48,847 bases of DNA from a virus (taxonomy: Duplodnaviria > Caudoviricetes). Each line of letters opens with the position of its first letter. The first letter of the stretch is position 1. A program made the position numbers and the translations under genes. The stretch spans positions 1 to 48,847 of the IMG/VR virus record IMGVR_UViG_3300032225_000532. The stretch is one strand, 5' to 3'. The notes under the pieces were generated by a model, which saw only the letters and a list, made by a program, of their open reading frames with translations, made no database searches and was not told the origin of the DNA. Shown here piece by piece: positions 43,363 to 48,847 of this stretch.

Positions 43363-45483
43363 TTACCGCCTACCGTCTGGTCGAATGTCAATACGAGGAG
43401 CACCAAGCTGCCATTGCGTACCAAGCGTGTTGGAGGTAATTTGCATTTGCATTTGACGACCGCGTATGCGAATATAGACTTGCCCCGTAAATTGGTCTAC
43501 GTTTATCACTGATGGGGCCGAGCCGGAATTTACAACATCAGCATTTCCCGACTGTGTAATACCTGAACCAGAATTATTTAAACCCTGTAGATACATAGTT
43601 ACTTGTGGTGTAGTCCCTGCTGTAGACCCACGGAATGTCAAATCAGGCAACATTCTGTATACAAACCCAAAGCTATGTCCATCTCCAATATCATACTGTG
43701 CAGAAGTAATAGATGCAGCTATAGCCACAGGAGTTCCGGTAGTATTGTCATCAACTCCATACTCGTGGTAGACGTTGTTGTTTACATAAGTAGAAGCTAC
43801 AGGGTAGTTTCTTAATGATGTATCTAGCCATGCGGAGCGGGCCATAGTACCGTAGTACCACAAATCCTCTGCATAGTTGTAGATAACGTACTTGTCAATA
43901 GTTGTGCTGGTTTGTGAACAATAGAACCACCATACTTCATTGAAGCCTTCATTTGTGCCAGAAAATATTTGGTCAAATTGTGACCGGTTAAGGTCATCAT
44001 AAATATACTGGCGTAAATCACAACGCAGAGTTTGAACCCGTCCATCATACTTATAGAATTTATCTTGCCCCATCCAATATGCTACACCACTAGCATATGC
44101 GGCTGCATTCATGCTGGAAATAGAAATATTGTCTGACAGAAGCTGATTGCCCCATACATAGGGTGGGCCAAGGTATTGCAATGAATACATAGCAGCATCA
44201 GTAAAGACCAAAATCTCTTGTCGGCTCTGCAACACAGATTGAATCAGTGAACCGTGGGATAACCTAATTTCGCCCGCTTGATTGGTGATGGATGGAGCCC
44301 ACTCAACTACGCTTTGTTGGTCTGACCAACGTATAGTCATGGGGTCATAGGTTGTGCTGCCGTACGGGTTAGCCCCAAAACACATGGTAAATCTACTAGA
44401 GTCCGATACCAGAATGGTGTTTTGTTGAAGCGGCACACTAGAAGCGGCAGGCAAATCTGCAACTGCAATCCCACGGGGTGAAAGACTTTGCGTCCCAGAG
44501 CCTGCGGAACTTGTATTGATGAATGTGCCAGCCAAGTAGTTGGCATATGAAGAAGACAGTTTAAACGTAGTAGCAGTTACGTAAGTAACATAATAGACCG
44601 TGTAAGGTACAAGCGGAGTAGGCAGCGCTCCAGTCGTTTGGAACATGATTGCTGTTCCATTGGGGATAGGCGTGGTTGTGTTGGCGGTCAAAGTCACTAT
44701 CGCTGGGGTGGCGTTAGAAATGGTTACCGTTGTGGGGGTAGCTAACGCAACTGCCGTAGTAGCATTCCAGTAATACAACTTGCCTTGTTTAGGGCCAAAC
44801 ACTAAGTTTTCACCAAAGTTCCATTGCGACCAGATTGCCAAGGTAGCGGTACTAGCATAGCCAATTCCACCCCAATTGCTAGAACTCCAGACGTTAGAGC
44901 CCCACCCGCCAAAAGATGTGCTTGTGGCAGAACCAATATGCAAGACATAAGATGCAAAAGCTACTGCGCCCCCACCTGAGCCTGTACCTGTAGCTGTCGT
45001 AGCTGCTGTGATAGTGTAGTGAGTGCTGTCCACCACAGTTTGAACTTGATACTCACCGCTTATGGTGACACCATTGAACGTGGAAGCACCAGAATAAATT
45101 ACATAGTCCCCCGCTTGGGGGTTAAAACCAATATCAGTAACCGTGACTGTCTTGGTAGTGTTTATCGTTGCAAACGGATTGTTGGTGAGAGCAATAGTCG
45201 ATGAAATTGGCGTTATGTCGTAGTAGACACCGGTAGCTTCGATATAGAATTTAACACTTGTACCAACGCCAAGTAAGTTAGCGCCCGTCAGAGTTACCCA
45301 ATTCCATAACGACCGGCATATGCCCAAAAACGTATTAGCTGAAATACGCTGCCACCCACCAATTTTTTCAGGCGTACCTTGGCGAAACCGCACCTTGTCG
45401 GACTCATACCAACCGCCCTCGTTGGTGTAGCGGGTGTTTTCCCTGTTTACACCGGGCTTAAGTAAGACTTTTTGTAGTGGCAT
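43363..45483 (-). CDS. Tail nozzle / DNA stabilisation protein (podovirus tubular-B-like)
   Basis: 706 aa, beta-rich; KVRFRQGTPEKIGGW, IRWSDQ, FNEVWWFY; two T-rich inserted beta domains. Confidence 0.75.
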   Translation of the reverse strand: MPLQKVLLKPGVNRENTRYTNEGGWYESDKVRFRQGTPEKIGGWQRISANTFLGICRSLWNWVTLTGANLLGVGTSVKFYIEATGVYYDITPISSTIALTNNPFATINTTKTVTVTDIGFNPQAGDYVIYSGASTFNGVTISGEYQVQTVVDSTHYTITAATTATGTGSGGGAVAFASYVLHIGSATSTSFGGWGSNVWSSSNWGGIGYASTATLAIWSQWNFGENLVFGPKQGKLYYWNATTAVALATPTTVTISNATPAIVTLTANTTTPIPNGTAIMFQTTGALPTPLVPYTVYYVTYVTATTFKLSSSYANYLAGTFINTSSAGSGTQSLSPRGIAVADLPAASSVPLQQNTILVSDSSRFTMCFGANPYGSTTYDPMTIRWSDQQSVVEWAPSITNQAGEIRLSHGSLIQSVLQSRQEILVFTDAAMYSLQYLGPPYVWGNQLLSDNISISSMNAAAYASGVAYWMGQDKFYKYDGRVQTLRCDLRQYIYDDLNRSQFDQIFSGTNEGFNEVWWFYCSQTSTTIDKYVIYNYAEDLWYYGTMARSAWLDTSLRNYPVASTYVNNNVYHEYGVDDNTTGTPVAIAASITSAQYDIGDGHSFGFVYRMLPDLTFRGSTAGTTPQVTMYLQGLNNSGSGITQSGNADVVNSGSAPSVINVDQFTGQVYIRIRGRQMQMQITSNTLGTQWQLGAPRIDIRPDGRR

Positions 45484-45484
45484 A

Positions 45485-45901
45485 TCAAGCTATCTTTGCG
45501 CCCGCTTGAAGCTGGGCTAAGGTCAACCCACCTGTATATTGGAAGTGCGGAAACTCCTTGAATGTCACCCAATCACCAGCCCATTCAAGCCCGCAGGACT
45601 TGCCAATTTCGCCGACTTGTTTCCACAGTGCTTGGTCATCCCAAATGGCCTTGCCGTTGACGAGGGGAACTACATCTATGGCGCAGCGCCAGTTGTGCCA
45701 CGATTGTCCCGCCTTAGCTCTGGTTACGACGTTGCCGGGTGTTGTACGTCCTTGCGCATACAGTGCATTTTGGCTTTCATTGTCACGGTAGGTTGAGGTC
45801 ACCAGCAAGTCGATGCCCTTGGCCTTAGCAGCTTCTACAAAGGCTTGCGCCCGCTGCTTGGCGGGTGGGGCTAGGTCATCAAGGCTGCGAGAGTTAATCA
45901 T
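45485..45901 (-). CDS. Endolysin, peptidase M15 family (L-Ala-D-Glu peptidase-like)
   Basis: 138 aa; STYR..Q..LYAQGR, SWHNW..AID, EFPHFQ. Confidence 0.9.
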   Translation of the reverse strand: MINSRSLDDLAPPAKQRAQAFVEAAKAKGIDLLVTSTYRDNESQNALYAQGRTTPGNVVTRAKAGQSWHNWRCAIDVVPLVNGKAIWDDQALWKQVGEIGKSCGLEWAGDWVTFKEFPHFQYTGGLTLAQLQAGAKIA

Positions 45902-46128
45902 GTGGTTTCCTTGCGCTTTGGCTTAGGTTTAGCATCTTCTTCCATCACTTTGGCTGGAGCAATGATGCAAGTGGTGTCTACCGTAGCTGTCGTGTTGGAT
46001 AAATACCATGCCTTTTTTTCCGCAACCAATGCCTTGCAGTTTTGTTCATCAGGATAGACGGCAAGCTGTTGCAGAAACTCACAATGCCCGTTCAGGCAAA
46101 TGTACAAAACGGGAATAAAGAGGTTCAT
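45898..46128 (-). CDS. Small Cys-containing protein in the lysis module
   Basis: 76 aa; FIPVLYICLNGHC...C...C. Confidence 0.6.
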   Translation of the reverse strand: MNLFIPVLYICLNGHCEFLQQLAVYPDEQNCKALVAEKKAWYLSNTTATVDTTCIIAPAKVMEEDAKPKPKRKETT

Positions 46129-46532
46129 TTGGAGGCTACGCCTTGGATTTTTTCAACAGTACGCATACCACCTAATCCCAACATGCCCAACAGAAGCGGC
46201 ATCATGGTTCCCATGTCCATAGCAGGAAACTTTACAGGGTGACCATACATAGCACTACCCCACTCAGCCAATGGGCCTACAACAAACTGAATGGCAAAGC
46301 CCATACCGCAGACCCAACCAATTCCGGGTCGCCAGCCTGATACAAATACAGAAGGGTTAGCAGCCTCTGCTTTGTTGATGTCCAACTGTCCAGCAATGAT
46401 TGACAGTTCGCCAGATTGTTGCAGTTTGAACAGTTCTAGTTTGGCAGCAGCAGCTTGAGCAGGATCAGGCCATAGCCGATCCATAACTTTGCCACCGATG
46501 TCTAGCAATGCGGATACAGGGTCAAGTGCCAT
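46125..46532 (-). CDS. Holin (GTA 3TM-holin-like)
   Basis: 135 aa from MALDP; FVSGWRPGIGWVC, LLGMLGLGGMRTVEK. Confidence 0.85.
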   Translation of the reverse strand: MALDPVSALLDIGGKVMDRLWPDPAQAAAAKLELFKLQQSGELSIIAGQLDINKAEAANPSVFVSGWRPGIGWVCGMGFAIQFVVGPLAEWGSAMYGHPVKFPAMDMGTMMPLLLGMLGLGGMRTVEKIQGVASK

Positions 46533-46764
46533 TTTCGTCTTTCTCAATGTGAGAGCCTACTTTGAGGCCGGATAACCAACCAATCAAACCACCGATGATG
46601 GTCTGGAAGGCAGGGGAAATAATTTCAAAGATGGCCTTGTTGTCCACCTCTCTAACAAACAGGCCGTGGATGAGCGCACCAATAAGAGACAGCACCACGA
46701 TGCACAAAGTGGCAGTGACCATGTACGTCACCACTGATACCAACTTGTCCTTATCGCTCATCAC
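46522..46764 (-). CDS. Two-TM membrane protein
   Basis: 80 aa; PAFQTIIGGLIGWLSG. Confidence 0.75.
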   Translation of the reverse strand: MMSDKDKLVSVVTYMVTATLCIVVLSLIGALIHGLFVREVDNKAIFEIISPAFQTIIGGLIGWLSGLKVGSHIEKDENGT

Positions 46765-47036
46765 TTTGCCCTTTCGTACAACTGCTCAATTCTTGAGCGG
46801 ATTTTAACGCTGTCGGCGTTGCCTAGTATGCCCCCCAGATTGGAGTAGAGCAACGTTAACTGCTCTTTGGTACATACCGGCCCTGACTCTTCCAACCATT
46901 CCCATACTTTGCCTGAACGCTCTTTAGGGTCATGGGTAGAGTACGCAAGGTTCACAAACTCACTGACACTGCACTCGCGCTTGACCGTTGCCCCGTAGAC
47001 CAGAGACAAAATAAGTATGGGGAGCAGCCAACGCAC
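46761..47036 (-). CDS. Small exported protein in the lysis module
   Basis: 91 aa; signal-peptide-like N-terminus; two Cys. Confidence 0.65.
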   Translation of the reverse strand: MRWLLPILILSLVYGATVKRECSVSEFVNLAYSTHDPKERSGKVWEWLEESGPVCTKEQLTLLYSNLGGILGNADSVKIRSRIEQLYERAK

Positions 47037-47042
47037 ATTGAG

Positions 47043-47447
47043 TTAAGGGTGCAATGCCTTGAGCGCATTCAGACTGTCTGCTGCATCAGCCAATTGAGTG
47101 ATGTCCCGTAGACGCTGCTTTTCAGCCACGATTGCCGTAGTGTCTGCGTTGGACTCCATTGCCCGCTGAAACGCTACATCCTGTGCAGCAAGTAGGGGTT
47201 CCCGTTCCATGCGGAGACGAGTCTTAGTGATTGCTTTGGCCTTGCCCATATTTACGGAGACGGTAGAACCGCTTAATTCCCATGCGTTGAAGAACTCATT
47301 GTGTTCGTTGGGTAACGCATCATTCTCAACAATGATAGACCCCGCAGGAGTATTTTTGGCTTGCACTTCCTCAATTGGAATCTCGCCTGTTGAATAACAC
47401 ACTGATACTCCGCCGCTGGAGTTTGTAAAAACGATTACTTTAGACAT
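47043..47447 (-). CDS. Tail fibre assembly-like protein
   Basis: 134 aa after the fibre genes; FFNAW, LRMEREPLL, KQRLRDIT. Confidence 0.75.
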   Translation of the reverse strand: MSKVIVFTNSSGGVSVCYSTGEIPIEEVQAKNTPAGSIIVENDALPNEHNEFFNAWELSGSTVSVNMGKAKAITKTRLRMEREPLLAAQDVAFQRAMESNADTTAIVAEKQRLRDITQLADAADSLNALKALHP

Positions 47448-47456
47448 CTTAATTCC

Positions 47457-48392
47457 TTACGCAAAAGAGACACAATTAACAAAAGTAGTATCTTGCAAAA
47501 CAGTATTTGCTGGGTTATATGTAATTATTTGAAATGCCGTTGTGGTAGGAGTAACGTTCGTCCCTGTTGCCGAACAGTAAACGCTTACACACATTGCGCC
47601 ATTATTGAGTGACCCAGCAGCGGAGGCAGATGCAGCTGTTGCATAAGAAGAAGTATGAAGTGCTGTTGTAAAGTTAACCGTGTAATTACCAGTAGCGTTT
47701 CGCGTGACCGATGATGTATTAAAACTACCAAAGATACTGCCACTAGTCCCATCAAATAACACCCAAGAACGGGCCATAGACAAAGGCGCTGTTCCGCCCA
47801 CAGTAGAAATGGTTGCTGAGTTAATTACGGGAGAAGTGAATGTTGGCGTAGTAAGCGTGGGGCTTGTAGATAAAACATTATTTCCGCTTCCTGTAGATGT
47901 TGTAACTCCCGTACCACCATTGGCTACAGGCAAAGTACCAGTCACACCGGTAGTTAGATTTACAAGGCCCGCTCCTACTTGAACAAAATCAACGCCGTTC
48001 CATGCACAAAGGGCAGAAGTTCCCGCCGTAACTGTTACTCCAGTAGTTGGGCCTGTGCCACACAGCTTGATGGATTGTGTGCTGGAGGTCTTGTTGACGA
48101 CGATGTAGAACTGACGGCTACCTGACGATGCAGACGGCGCAATTATGGTGCGGGTTGCTGTTCCCCCAGCCGTCCAAAGAAGGACTGCGTATTGAGAAGA
48201 TGTGCCGCTTAGAGATGTATTGGTAGTCTTGACCAGCGTGACATCAGCATCGGTACTAAGTGTGTTTGTTCCTGCCACCGCAGCGTCAAGGTAGCCAGTG
48301 ATGTAGTTGTTGACCGTATCGCCCCAAGTCCCGGACAGTTCCCCCGTAACTGGAAGCGCCAGACCAAGTAGGGATGTATATGCAGTTGTCAT
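47457..48392 (-). CDS. Tail fibre/spike protein
   Basis: 311 aa, T/S/G-rich; SGTWGDTVN attachment domain, GTLPVANGGTG, C-terminal ARSWVLFDG..GNYTVNF. Confidence 0.8.
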   Translation of the reverse strand: MTTAYTSLLGLALPVTGELSGTWGDTVNNYITGYLDAAVAGTNTLSTDADVTLVKTTNTSLSGTSSQYAVLLWTAGGTATRTIIAPSASSGSRQFYIVVNKTSSTQSIKLCGTGPTTGVTVTAGTSALCAWNGVDFVQVGAGLVNLTTGVTGTLPVANGGTGVTTSTGSGNNVLSTSPTLTTPTFTSPVINSATISTVGGTAPLSMARSWVLFDGTSGSIFGSFNTSSVTRNATGNYTVNFTTALHTSSYATAASASAAGSLNNGAMCVSVYCSATGTNVTPTTTAFQIITYNPANTVLQDTTFVNCVSFA

Positions 48393-48409
48393 GGTTTGAC
48401 GGCCTTTGG

Positions 48410-48847
48410 TTATCTAAAAGTGGCGAAGGTGATGAAGGTGGTGTCTTGAGCTACTTGATTACCCGAATGGTAGCAAAACAAAGCTGTAGTTGTGGTAGTT
48501 GGTGTGACGTTCGTACCACCCGCATTAGCATCGACTAACATAGAGCATGTGCTACCATTAACAGACCCGTTGCCAGAGCAAGTTGATACTGATGCATAAC
48601 TTGAATCAGGCATCGCGGTGGTATAGTTAACGGTATAGTTGCCTGTTCCATTTCTTGTAACGGAAGATACATTTCCTGATGCGAATATAGAACCATTACT
48701 GCCATTAAAAAATACCCAAGCGCGGGCCAAATACAAAGGTGTGGAACCGGTAATAGTTGAAACTTGTGCAGAGTTAATTGTTGGCGTAGTAAGTGTGGGG
48801 CTTGTGCCTAAAACAACACTGCCTGTTCCGGTGGATGTTGTAACGCC
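48410..48847 (-). CDS. Tail fibre protein, 5' end outside the window
   Basis: Frame open to the window end: GVTTSTGTGSVVLGTSPTLTTP...ARAWVFFNG..GNYTVNY. Confidence 0.8.
   Translation of the reverse strand, partial: GVTTSTGTGSVVLGTSPTLTTPTINSAQVSTITGSTPLYLARAWVFFNGSNGSIFASGNVSSVTRNGTGNYTVNYTTAMPDSSYASVSTCSGNGSVNGSTCSMLVDANAGGTNVTPTTTTTALFCYHSGNQVAQDTTFITFATFR

Noticed and set aside
449-47982. Numerous antisense and alternate-frame ORFs in the six-frame track
   Set aside because: They overlap well-supported genes and lack an RBS and protein-like composition; only the two junction ORFs in the giant gene were kept.
47457-48847. Diversity-generating retroelement TR/VR pair in the fibre genes
   Set aside because: Both copies are coding, the differences are not adenine-specific, and no reverse transcriptase is present.

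Overview
Most of a tailed dsDNA phage genome, probably a podovirus: it has a P22-like portal with a Q-rich barrel, ejection proteins and no tape measure. A LexA box of the CTG-N10-CAG type suggests a Beta/Gammaproteobacterial host (inference). Both window ends cut minus-strand virion genes. Layout: (1) 1-9188 minus: head and packaging genes (TerS, LexA-like HTH, TerL, portal, GroES-like, scaffold, major capsid protein). (2) 9190-9880: a control region with 2 SOS-like boxes, 6 DnaA boxes and a sigma54-like site. (3) 9880-15970 plus: early genes, with a thrice-repeated structured leader and a SprT-like/MoxR-AAA/VWA trio. (4) 16174-19389 minus: primase-helicase, HNH, C4-like RNA/attenuator and RusA. 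(5) 19409-28323 mostly plus: recombination and small genes, with an inverted metallophosphoesterase + acidic-protein cassette. (6) 28301-48847 minus: a 3311-aa polyvalent virion protein, ejection proteins, tail, lysis genes and fibres. I recognised no DNA or RNA polymerase, integrase, tRNA or CRISPR array. Best candidate for a new system: the 3311-aa protein is divided into enzyme-like modules by a repeated xSLRT linker downstream of an HExxH peptidase motif, and two of those linkers carry small protein-like genes overprinted in the +1 frame (possible immunity or chaperone partners). Also striking is a genome-wide excess of the palindrome GTTTAAAC. All family calls come from motif recognition by eye; no searches were run.
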